A stretch of 64,000 nucleotides of DNA from a bacterium (GTDB taxonomy: Bacteria > AUK180). Below the pieces are notes generated by a model. That model searched no databases. It saw nothing but the letters and a program-made list of their open reading frames with translations, and was not told where the DNA came from. The stretch lies in the NCBI GenBank assembly GCA_023133295.1, contig JAGLWT010000116.1, positions 13,218 to 77,217 on the forward strand, written 5' to 3'. Of this stretch, positions 28,787 through 37,352 are shown piece by piece (within the stretch, counting starts at the first letter, position 1; every line of letters starts with the position of its first letter). A program made the position numbers and the translations under genes.

Positions 28787-29646
28787 CTACCCTCTACTTT
28801 TTTTGCATAAATTGTTGCCACATCAAAAAGATTGAGATATATTTTAATCTTTCCTATCTTATTTTTCAATAAAAATAAATATATCGCTTTAAATATAGGA
28901 AATTTTCTTTGAATATGATAAAAGATATGTCTTGAATAATAAAATTTCCCGTAATATTTAATAGATTTAATTTCAAACCCATTATTATTACAAAAGTATT
29001 TAATACTTTTCTTTGTAAAATAATTTAAATGATATGGGGGTATAAAAAGGTACCATTTTCTCCCCATTATTCGAGCAAATAGTGAATCTATCAGAGGAAC
29101 TGTTAATATGAGCGCTCCATTTGCATTAAGATCTTTACCTATGTTACGGAGCATTCGCGCGGGGTATTTTACATGTTCAAATATATCAAATGCGGTGATA
29201 ATATCATATTTCGTATCTTGTGAAGAGGTTTCGTAATTATGAACTTTCAGGTCAAGAAAGTATCTTTCCTTTCCAAGGGCAATAATCTCCTCTCCTATAT
29301 CAACACCCTGAAGCTGCATATTCGAAATTTCGGAAATGGAGTAAAGAAACTCACCGGAAGCACAACCGATATCTAAAAGAGAAGATGCTCGCTTGGAAAC
29401 ATGTTTCACAAGCCTTCTGAAAATCTGACACCAATTTCCATCAATGCAATCGTCAATATAATTTCCGTATCCTTCGTCACTATTTGGATTTACAAAGGAG
29501 TCCAGATTATATAGATCGTCATATCGTATATCTGCAAAACCCTCATAGAACACCGAGCCGCAATTTGAACATTTTACATGCTTTTTCACAATCTCTCTTT
29601 TCAATATCATAAGGGAGTTGCAGCCGCATAATTTACATTTTTTCAT
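28783..29646 (-). CDS. Class I SAM-dependent methyltransferase with an N-terminal zinc-ribbon (sugar C/O-methyltransferase-like)
   Basis: CKLCGC...CSNCGS zinc ribbon. LLDIGCASGEFL matches motif I (GxGxG-like). A later D..FEH(V) acidic motif is typical of Methyltransf_11/12-family enzymes. Confidence 0.65.
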   Translation of the reverse strand: MKKCKLCGCNSLMILKREIVKKHVKCSNCGSVFYEGFADIRYDDLYNLDSFVNPNSDEGYGNYIDDCIDGNWCQIFRRLVKHVSKRASSLLDIGCASGEFLYSISEISNMQLQGVDIGEEIIALGKERYFLDLKVHNYETSSQDTKYDIITAFDIFEHVKYPARMLRNIGKDLNANGALILTVPLIDSLFARIMGRKWYLFIPPYHLNYFTKKSIKYFCNNNGFEIKSIKYYGKFYYSRHIFYHIQRKFPIFKAIYLFLLKNKIGKIKIYLNLFDVATIYAKKVEGR

Positions 29647-29750
29647 ATTTAAATATTTAGTTTTCCATGATTCTGAACAACTCTACTCCTTCACATCGAG
29701 GAGAAGAGAAATAATTATTGTAAAGCAAAAGACTGCTTTTGCTATTTATT

Positions 29751-31412
29751 TCATTTCTCAATTTTATAATCTCCCATTACGAGAATATCGATCCCTGTGC
29801 CGCTAAATGTATTTATCGCATCCTGAGGAGTGCATACGATCGGCTCTCCCCTGATATTGAAAGAGGTATTCAAAACCAACGGGATGCCCGTAAGTTTTTC
29901 AAATTCCCGTATTAGAGAATAATATCTCCCATTCTGTTCTTTACTTACCGTTTGAACCCTTGCCGTTCCGTCGACATGTACAACTGCAGGTATTTCTTTC
30001 CGCTTTTGCTGAACTGTATCGAAAACAATTGTCATATAAGGAGATTTACCGCAGCCGATAAAATAATCTCCGGCTTTTTCCTCAAGAACACTTGGTGCAA
30101 ACGGGCGGAAACCCTCTCGATGCTTGACCTTTTCATTAATAAGGTCTTTCATGTCCTTCTTTCTGGGATCCGCAAGAATGCTTCTGTTGCCGAGGGCGCG
30201 TGGTCCGAATTCCATTTTCCCCTGATACCAACCGACTATTTTCCCCCTGCTTATTTCCAAAGCCGTATCCTTTTCTATTTCACTTGATCTTGTAAAATGA
30301 AGTTTATTCTTTTTGAGAACATTCAATATCTCTTCATTGTCAAAAGCAGGACCCAGATAGGCATTATTCAACGGCAATTTACTTTCATTACCAAGTATAT
30401 TATAGTATCCGTACAGAGCGGCGCCAAGCGAAGTTCCCGCGTCATTGGAAGCGGGCTGGACATACATATCTTCGATATCGGTTTCTCTGAGCAACCGTCC
30501 ATTAGCAACCGAGTTCAGGGCGACGCCTCCTGCCATACAGAGATATTTCAAGGAGTATTTGTTGAGATAATACCGTACTACCTCTAGAAGCACTTCCTCT
30601 GTAACTTTTTGTAAAGAAGCGGCCATATCCATTTCAAGATCCGTAAATTCAGTAGCATTGTCATGGGGATAGAAGTTATGCTTTCTTTCAAATTTTTCAG
30701 TGATATAACTCTCCCAGCCATGTGAGAGATTGAATTTTGAAAGATCAAAAGAAAACCGTCCTTTGCCTACCCTTACAAGTGACATGATCTCAGAAAAATA
30801 CTTCGGTGTACCGTAAGGAGCCAGGCCCATGAGCTTACCTTCTCCATTATGTGCTTTGAACCCAAGATACTGAGTGATATCAGAATACAGCATTCCCAGG
30901 GAATGAGGGTAGTTCACATGTGCCACCTGTTCAATAAGGTTACCCCTTCCGATTCCAACGGTCATCGTCTCGAATTCCCCTGAATGATCAATTGATAGTA
31001 TAAGGGATTCGTCGAAGCCGCTCGGATAGAAAGCGGAGGCCATATGCGCCATATGATGTGATATCTTGACAAAGCGGGCATCTCTTAATATATCAATAGC
31101 CCTTACCTTTTTCCTGATGCCCAAAAGAGATGATACATATGAGCTCCTGGAATGAAGGTATTTTAACGATGAGGGAAATCGCAGCAGAAGAAATCCCGCC
31201 CGCTGAAACAGCATGGGAGTATTGAGCCAGGGAAAAACGATCAGCTCAGGAGAAGTATCATACTTGTTGCCGATAAGCTCAAGGGATTCATGCGGAAAAA
31301 CCGATGTATGTTTTTCTCTTGAAAGACGCTCCTCCTCGATCGAGAATACGGATTCCCCTGAGATCACAGTTATAGAAGAATCATGTGTATAACAATTCAA
31401 TCCCAGTATCAT
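29751..31412 (-). CDS. Carbamoyltransferase, NodU/CmcH family
   Basis: MILGLNCYTHDSSITVI...EEERLSREKH...HHMAHMASAFYPSGFDESLILSIDHSGE...ALNS...SFN matches the NodU/CmcH N- and C-terminal domains along its length. Confidence 0.85.
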   Translation of the reverse strand: MILGLNCYTHDSSITVISGESVFSIEEERLSREKHTSVFPHESLELIGNKYDTSPELIVFPWLNTPMLFQRAGFLLLRFPSSLKYLHSRSSYVSSLLGIRKKVRAIDILRDARFVKISHHMAHMASAFYPSGFDESLILSIDHSGEFETMTVGIGRGNLIEQVAHVNYPHSLGMLYSDITQYLGFKAHNGEGKLMGLAPYGTPKYFSEIMSLVRVGKGRFSFDLSKFNLSHGWESYITEKFERKHNFYPHDNATEFTDLEMDMAASLQKVTEEVLLEVVRYYLNKYSLKYLCMAGGVALNSVANGRLLRETDIEDMYVQPASNDAGTSLGAALYGYYNILGNESKLPLNNAYLGPAFDNEEILNVLKKNKLHFTRSSEIEKDTALEISRGKIVGWYQGKMEFGPRALGNRSILADPRKKDMKDLINEKVKHREGFRPFAPSVLEEKAGDYFIGCGKSPYMTIVFDTVQQKRKEIPAVVHVDGTARVQTVSKEQNGRYYSLIREFEKLTGIPLVLNTSFNIRGEPIVCTPQDAINTFSGTGIDILVMGDYKIEK

Positions 31413-32374
31413 TCAATTCTCCGTATATGATCGGCCAGAACCCCTGCAATATATCTATTGCCTTCCGGAGAAAAGTGAATATCATCCACATAAAGGTCAT
31501 CATAAAGCAAGAGATCGGTTTTGCGCATTTCCTGTGAGATATCCACAAAATCTACTCTGCATTCCTGAAACACTTCCCTCATTACTTCCTGATATGAAAA
31601 GTCCGCTCTATTGAGTAATTGATATCTTAGCGGAGTAATTATAAATATGGGGTGGATCTTTCTCTTCTCGCAGGTCATTTTTATTCTCTCTATCTTCTTT
31701 GTCAGATCTTTGCGCAAATACGGATCATTATATTTCATGGCAGCGGAAGCGTAAAATTCTTTGCTGTTATAAGCTTTTTCATAATTTCCGGCAAAGAGGA
31801 GCTTTGCTAATGCAAATAAATATGAATACGAAAAAGGGCGCTTTGTTACTATAACCTCGGCGTCTGTGTCAAGTTCCAGAAAACCTATCCCGTTCAGATG
31901 AAATGCATAAAGTATATCATCGATAAAATACTGCCATACTACAATTTCGGGGGGATTTTTCTGGAGATTCTTCTCCAATATCACAATATTTTGATCAAGT
32001 CCATAGCCGCAAACCCCCATATTGTGAACATTGAATTCTTTCAATTCGCCTTGAAGAAACACCGGGTAGGTTTCATCGTCCTCAACTCCCAGGCCGGCAG
32101 TAATGGAATCGCCTATGCAGATAATGTTTTTTTCTGACTTCTCTATGGTATTCAAATTCCTGTACCCTGATGAATTTATTGTAAATTTCTTATTTCGCCA
32201 CATATATGACGATGATTTTCTATAACGATATCCAAGTTCACTGTCTTTTTCGAAAATTCTTCTGTCATAATCCTGTAGCTTTGATATGGGGTCCAATAGT
32301 CTTGCAAGGCCTTCAAAAAGCAGAAAAAGGATCAAAAAAAACAATAAATACTTAGACAGCCGTTTTATCAACAA
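31409..32374 (-). CDS. SGNH/GDSL-family hydrolase-like protein
   Basis: N-terminal TM. IICIGDSITAGLGV block-I motif. Later DDIHFSPEG, similar to the DxxH catalytic block. Overlaps both flanking carbamoyltransferase genes. Confidence 0.55.
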   Translation of the reverse strand: MLIKRLSKYLLFFLILFLLFEGLARLLDPISKLQDYDRRIFEKDSELGYRYRKSSSYMWRNKKFTINSSGYRNLNTIEKSEKNIICIGDSITAGLGVEDDETYPVFLQGELKEFNVHNMGVCGYGLDQNIVILEKNLQKNPPEIVVWQYFIDDILYAFHLNGIGFLELDTDAEVIVTKRPFSYSYLFALAKLLFAGNYEKAYNSKEFYASAAMKYNDPYLRKDLTKKIERIKMTCEKRKIHPIFIITPLRYQLLNRADFSYQEVMREVFQECRVDFVDISQEMRKTDLLLYDDLYVDDIHFSPEGNRYIAGVLADHIRRIE

Positions 32375-34043
32375 TTAAATAATCTCCTAATATAAGCACA
32401 TCAATATCTGTTTTCAAGAATGTCTCTATCGCCTCGGCAGGAGAGTTGACGATAGGTTCTCCCCTGATATTAAATGAGGTGTTCAATACAACCGGAACAC
32501 CTGTGATCATTTCAAATTCTCTGATAAGATCATAGTATCCCGGATTTTGCTTTCTATTTACCGTCTGAACCCTGGCCGTACCGTCAATATGCACTACCGC
32601 GGGAATATCATTTTTCTTTTCATCCAATACATCAAAAACAAAAAGCATAAATGGAGAAGAGACACACCCTTTAAAATACTCCCCTGCCTTCTCTTCGAGA
32701 ATGCTCGGCGCAAAAGGTCGAAATCCCTCGCGATGCTTTACCCTTTCATTCAGAATATCTTTCATTTCCCCTTTTCGGGGATCCGCAAGAATACTTCTAT
32801 TGCCAAGGGCGCGGGGGCCGAATTCCATCTTTCCCTGATACCAGCCGACTATCTTGCCGCGGCTTAATTCCTGAGCTGCTGCTTTTTCAATATTAGCCCG
32901 CTTACTATAGGGAAGTTTATTCTTATGGAGTTGAATCTTGATATCATCATCACTGTAGCTGGAACCAAGGTATGCATTATCCATGATATATTTCCGTTCC
33001 CGCCCCAATATTGAATGTTGAACATATAGCGCTGCTCCGAGCGCGGTTCCCGCATCATTTGCCGACGGTTGAACAAAAATATCCTCAAAGGGACCTTCCC
33101 TTTGAATGAGACCGTTTGCAACCGAGTTCAGCGCCACGCCCCCAGCAAGGCAGAGTTTTTTCTCGCCGGTCTCTTCATAGAGATTCTCGGAAAGCAAAAG
33201 CATATACTTCTCCAGTATTCTCTGAAGGGATGCTGCCATATTCTCATGGAATGTTGTTATTTCGCTTTCCGGGTCTCTTCTTGGACCGAATCGGCGGATG
33301 AACTTCTTTGAGATATCCCTTTCTACTGAATTCTGAAATTCAAAATAACTGAGGTCTATTCTCATCCTATTTTCCTTCACGGTGATCATCTCATCAAGAT
33401 CATTGAAATACTCCGGCTTTCCGTAAGAAGAAAGGCCCATTACCTTTCCATCGCCGGAATGCACCTGAAACCCCAGATATCTTACAATGGCGGAATAAAA
33501 ATAGCCTAATGAATGGGGAAATGGATTTTCGTATATTTTCTCGATACGGTTTTTCGATCCCTTTGCCAAAAGATAGGTGGATCTTTCTCCGGAACCGTCA
33601 ATTGACAATATTGCCGCGCTGTTAAAAGGTGTGGGAAAGAAAGAAGATGCCGCATGGGCAAGGTGATGTTCTACAAAATATGTCTTTTTTACTTTCAGCG
33701 GAATATATTTTCTGACATTCAGCATCTTAAAAAAATCTCCGCCATGTGTTCTACCCCAACTCAGGCTTTTTGGGAAATTCCTTATTATGGTGGGTAGTCT
33801 TCCCTGAATTCCCAGGAGAGGTTTCACATAATATGCAAGGATAATCTCCTCATCCTTTGCCAATATTCCATTTTTAAAAAGATAATCAAATATTCCATGC
33901 GGAAATTTTCCGGTGTATTTTTCTCTGTTGAAACGCTCCTCTTCGGCTGCGAAGAGGATACTGCCGCCTTCATCGATGACGGCAACAGAGCTAAGATGCC
34001 TAAAGCAATTCAATCCGATTATTTTCATCTGTAAATTATACAT
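32352..34043 (-). CDS. Carbamoyltransferase, NodU/CmcH family (paralog)
   Basis: IIGLNCFRHLSSVAVIDEGGSILFAAEEERFNREKYTGKFPH...HHLAHAASSFFPTPFNSAAILSIDGSGE. The C-terminal 170 aa are nearly identical to the first carbamoyltransferase (RALGNRSILADPRK...KHREGFRPFAPS...LNTSFNIRGEPIV). Confidence 0.85.
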   Translation of the reverse strand: MYNLQMKIIGLNCFRHLSSVAVIDEGGSILFAAEEERFNREKYTGKFPHGIFDYLFKNGILAKDEEIILAYYVKPLLGIQGRLPTIIRNFPKSLSWGRTHGGDFFKMLNVRKYIPLKVKKTYFVEHHLAHAASSFFPTPFNSAAILSIDGSGERSTYLLAKGSKNRIEKIYENPFPHSLGYFYSAIVRYLGFQVHSGDGKVMGLSSYGKPEYFNDLDEMITVKENRMRIDLSYFEFQNSVERDISKKFIRRFGPRRDPESEITTFHENMAASLQRILEKYMLLLSENLYEETGEKKLCLAGGVALNSVANGLIQREGPFEDIFVQPSANDAGTALGAALYVQHSILGRERKYIMDNAYLGSSYSDDDIKIQLHKNKLPYSKRANIEKAAAQELSRGKIVGWYQGKMEFGPRALGNRSILADPRKGEMKDILNERVKHREGFRPFAPSILEEKAGEYFKGCVSSPFMLFVFDVLDEKKNDIPAVVHIDGTARVQTVNRKQNPGYYDLIREFEMITGVPVVLNTSFNIRGEPIVNSPAEAIETFLKTDIDVLILGDYLIVDKTAV

Positions 34044-34083
34044 TATCTAATAATTTATGCAAGATTCTTCCGATTGGAGGAAA

Positions 34084-34788
34084 TCATTTTTTCAGTCTTT
34101 CGCTGAAGAGGACAAAAAAGGCATAAATAGCATCTATCCAATGAATTTTGCTTTCCTCGACCTTTCTCGGAGTATAAGATATCGGGATCTCACAGAATCT
34201 ATAATTGAATTTAAAGATCTTTGCTGTGATCTCACACTCCATTTCAAATCCGTCATATTTCAGATTCAACGACTCCAGAATGCCTTTTCTGAACACCTTA
34301 TAGCCCGATGCTTCATCTGTAATATTTTTTCCATATAGTATCCGCACCGTCAGATTAATGAGTTTATTCGCCAGGAGCCGGGGAATTGATTTCATTTTTA
34401 CTTTTTTCAAAAATCTTGAACCGTATACAACATCGGCCTGCCCTGCTATGATCGGGAGTAACAAACCGGATATCTCTTCCGGATAATACTCCAGATCGGC
34501 ATCCTGAATAACAACAATATCACCGGAAGACACTTTCAAGCCTTTTTTTATTGAATAACCCTTTCCTCTGTTCACGCGGTTTTCACAAAGGATATCATAA
34601 AGATTGAAGTTCTCTTTCAATATTGCGTTCGAACTGTCTGTCGAACCGTCGTCCACTACGATGACTTCATGTTTAAATGAAAGCTTGGCGATCCGCTCAA
34701 GGACCTTCAGGATAGTTTCCGATTCATTGAAAGCCGGAATGATTATCGAGATCATCGCGTCAAATTCCGCGTTCTTCATATTTCTCAT
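34084..34788 (-). CDS. Family-2 glycosyltransferase, polyprenol-phosphate sugar synthase (Dpm1/ArnC/GtrB)-like
   Basis: ISIIIPAFNESETI, VIVVDDGSTDSS, VVIQDADLEYYPEE (DAD) and GSRF motifs at 234 aa are typical of Dpm1-like GT2 enzymes, which supply lipid-linked monosaccharide donors to GT-C enzymes. Confidence 0.7.
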   Translation of the reverse strand: MRNMKNAEFDAMISIIIPAFNESETILKVLERIAKLSFKHEVIVVDDGSTDSSNAILKENFNLYDILCENRVNRGKGYSIKKGLKVSSGDIVVIQDADLEYYPEEISGLLLPIIAGQADVVYGSRFLKKVKMKSIPRLLANKLINLTVRILYGKNITDEASGYKVFRKGILESLNLKYDGFEMECEITAKIFKFNYRFCEIPISYTPRKVEESKIHWIDAIYAFFVLFSERLKK

Positions 34789-37310
34789 TTTTCATCCCAT
34801 AAGATCCGGTACAATAAGGGGTAGTTGCTTCTATCTTCTATTGTGATATCGGGAAGGGATGATCCTTGGTCATTAAAATCGTAGTAGGTGAACAAATATC
34901 TAAAATAATCCTCCATTACAAGCGTCTTAGCACTCGCAAATTCATTGTATATCTTCAATGAATCAGCAGGACCCCAATCCTTATCAATATATTTTTTTGT
35001 GTACATCTCAATGGTAGTCCTTATAAGATCTTTTTCATCCTGATTCAGTCTTTTCTCCTCCTTTAGAAGAAAGGGAAAAAGTTCAGGAAAAAATAGACCG
35101 ACAGAACGAAGATCCCTGATAAACCCCTCGCCCAGGACAGAATATGTGTTTCCGTATAATTTATTATGACGCAGAGCAAAGCGGCAAGGTTCAATAATGC
35201 TACTTTTCATTATTTTTTCGTAAAGTTCCTTGAAAGCAGAACTTTCCGAAGGATTTATCAGGTATTTAAGATAGGGATATTCTGAAAATTCTCCTTCAAG
35301 TATCATACTCGCAAAAGAACTGGTGCAATCTGGATCGATCCTGTACGGGAGATTCCATATGGTGTAAAGCGGCCCTTTCAGGTAGGAGTAGGAAGAGAAA
35401 TATTCCGCTAAGACAACGATATTCTCTTTTTCGGCAATCTTCGTATCGAAATTAAATAAGTAATAGAGCGGATTGAAAATATTCTCTTCGGAATCCTTCA
35501 GAAAAGGAGGAAAAGGGCTGTAAAGGTCTTTCAGGAGAAGATATTTTCTGTCTTTTTCAATTCTAACGAGAGCCGATATTTTATCAAATCTCTTTTTGCC
35601 AAATCCAAATGGTGAATTTCTTAAGGATATTATTTCCTCGATCTCCTTCCTTCTGTCTGATAATTCCCCATAAGTCCTTGCGGCTTCATAATTTCCAAGC
35701 AGTATATTTATTACCGCTATATTTTCTGTGGTATATATCGGTTTGCGAAGCAGTCCTTTTCCCTCGCCGTATTCACCTGTTCGGAATTTAGCGATTGCCA
35801 ATGAAAAAAAGTTTTCCGCGGAGGGGTCGTATTTGACCAGCTCCTCAAGTTCGTCTGAGATCTGCTGCCATCTATTTTCAAAGCGGTAGTATTTCAAAAG
35901 CATTTTCCTTGTGTGTTTCAGTTCCGGTACCAGATATTTAGAAAAAAGGAGTAATTCTTCCGCCTCGCTTTTCTTTCCGCGCTGAAGCAGAATTTCTGCT
36001 TTCAGATTTAAAAGTTCTGGATAAAGATCCTCATCCAATGCAGAATCAATATATTTAATCGCCTGTTCATAATCACCTTTTTTATAGGATTCCACTGATT
36101 TTGCATTGAATTCAAGATAGCGCTTATAAAAGATCTGATGATTTCCAAGTTCGCCTGTGAACTGGATTATATTAATAGAGATCGGGATCAGCAGGAGTGC
36201 CCATTTTATGCTTCCGGGCAGGGCTATGCTCCGGATTTTATATTTGAACGGATAAAATAGGAGTATGAAGATCAAGACAGCGATCGGCTGATGCAAAGGA
36301 AAATCAAATATAAGGGATATTAAAAATGCCAGAAGGGGGGCGCTTCGGGATGTTGCCTGACCAAGAAGATATTCTGATAAGGAAATAAATACGATCAGAA
36401 ATAAGAAAATGCCGATGAATCCTCCCTCAACACCCATGTGTATGATCTCGCTATGGGCGCGCCTGACCAGAAATTTGGAGGTGGAGTAAAGCCCTTTTTC
36501 TTTACTTACTGCAGCAAGGTTCTTCTTATATGCCGATGGAAACCTGCCTAGGCCGGTGCCGAAAGGATTTTCAATTACTGTTTTCAAGCCGGTCCTGATT
36601 ACGGTTCTTCTGGTATTTAAAGGGTGAGCAACGGTTATTACAAGGAAAAATCCCAGAATGATGGCAGTATAGAATATTATTCTCCTCAGAATACTTTTTT
36701 TGATTAATGAGATCAAAATAGACAGCAGGGTTATTGCTATCATTATTTTAGAAAATGTCATCAAAAGAGCTATCCCTGAAACAAATAGAAAAAAGTAATT
36801 TCTCTTTTTGAAAAAGAACATTTCTGCAAGAAATCCCATCGTCAGTACTACCGCCAGTTCATTAGGATTCCCCATAGTCGAGAACACACGCTTACCCGAC
36901 CAGTCAAATTCCCAGAATGAAAAATCTATCTTGAAAAATTGCAGGACTGCGTACAGCGAAACAAGGAATATCGAAACACGCAGCCAACGATAAAGAATAT
37001 CGGTATTGAAACTGGATTCCGAGATCAAAAGAAAAAGCAATACCTGAACAAGGCAGAAAAATCCACACCAGGATGGATTGACAGCAAAGAAGACCAGAGC
37101 GGCGAAAAAGATCAGAATCGATCTGAATGTAACCCTCTTAATAGTAAAAACCACGGGCAAAAAAGATATTAACAGTAATTTGGGAAGAAGAAAAGAACTT
37201 TTAAGTATTGGAAGAAATATCAGTACCGATAGAAATATCAATGCCCCGGCAAAATGTACGGTATATGTTTTCTTTCCCATTGATTTTTTTTCTACATCTT
37301 GTTTCTGCAT
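34785..37310 (-). CDS. Wzy_C (O-antigen ligase / PglL-type oligosaccharyltransferase)-like polytopic membrane protein with C-terminal TPR repeats
   Basis: About 10-12 TM helices with a HSEIIHMGVEGGFIG loop, resembling the Wzy_C His/Arg catalytic loop. The C-terminal about 450 aa contain TPR-like repeats (YEQAIKYIDSALDEDLYPELLNLKAEILLQRGKKSEAEELL...). Confidence 0.5.
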   Translation of the reverse strand: MQKQDVEKKSMGKKTYTVHFAGALIFLSVLIFLPILKSSFLLPKLLLISFLPVVFTIKRVTFRSILIFFAALVFFAVNPSWCGFFCLVQVLLFLLISESSFNTDILYRWLRVSIFLVSLYAVLQFFKIDFSFWEFDWSGKRVFSTMGNPNELAVVLTMGFLAEMFFFKKRNYFFLFVSGIALLMTFSKIMIAITLLSILISLIKKSILRRIIFYTAIILGFFLVITVAHPLNTRRTVIRTGLKTVIENPFGTGLGRFPSAYKKNLAAVSKEKGLYSTSKFLVRRAHSEIIHMGVEGGFIGIFLFLIVFISLSEYLLGQATSRSAPLLAFLISLIFDFPLHQPIAVLIFILLFYPFKYKIRSIALPGSIKWALLLIPISINIIQFTGELGNHQIFYKRYLEFNAKSVESYKKGDYEQAIKYIDSALDEDLYPELLNLKAEILLQRGKKSEAEELLLFSKYLVPELKHTRKMLLKYYRFENRWQQISDELEELVKYDPSAENFFSLAIAKFRTGEYGEGKGLLRKPIYTTENIAVINILLGNYEAARTYGELSDRRKEIEEIISLRNSPFGFGKKRFDKISALVRIEKDRKYLLLKDLYSPFPPFLKDSEENIFNPLYYLFNFDTKIAEKENIVVLAEYFSSYSYLKGPLYTIWNLPYRIDPDCTSSFASMILEGEFSEYPYLKYLINPSESSAFKELYEKIMKSSIIEPCRFALRHNKLYGNTYSVLGEGFIRDLRSVGLFFPELFPFLLKEEKRLNQDEKDLIRTTIEMYTKKYIDKDWGPADSLKIYNEFASAKTLVMEDYFRYLFTYYDFNDQGSSLPDITIEDRSNYPLLYRILWDEK

Positions 37311-37352
37311 CTATATTTCACCCGAAGAATGATCTACAGGTTCTTTCTGTTA

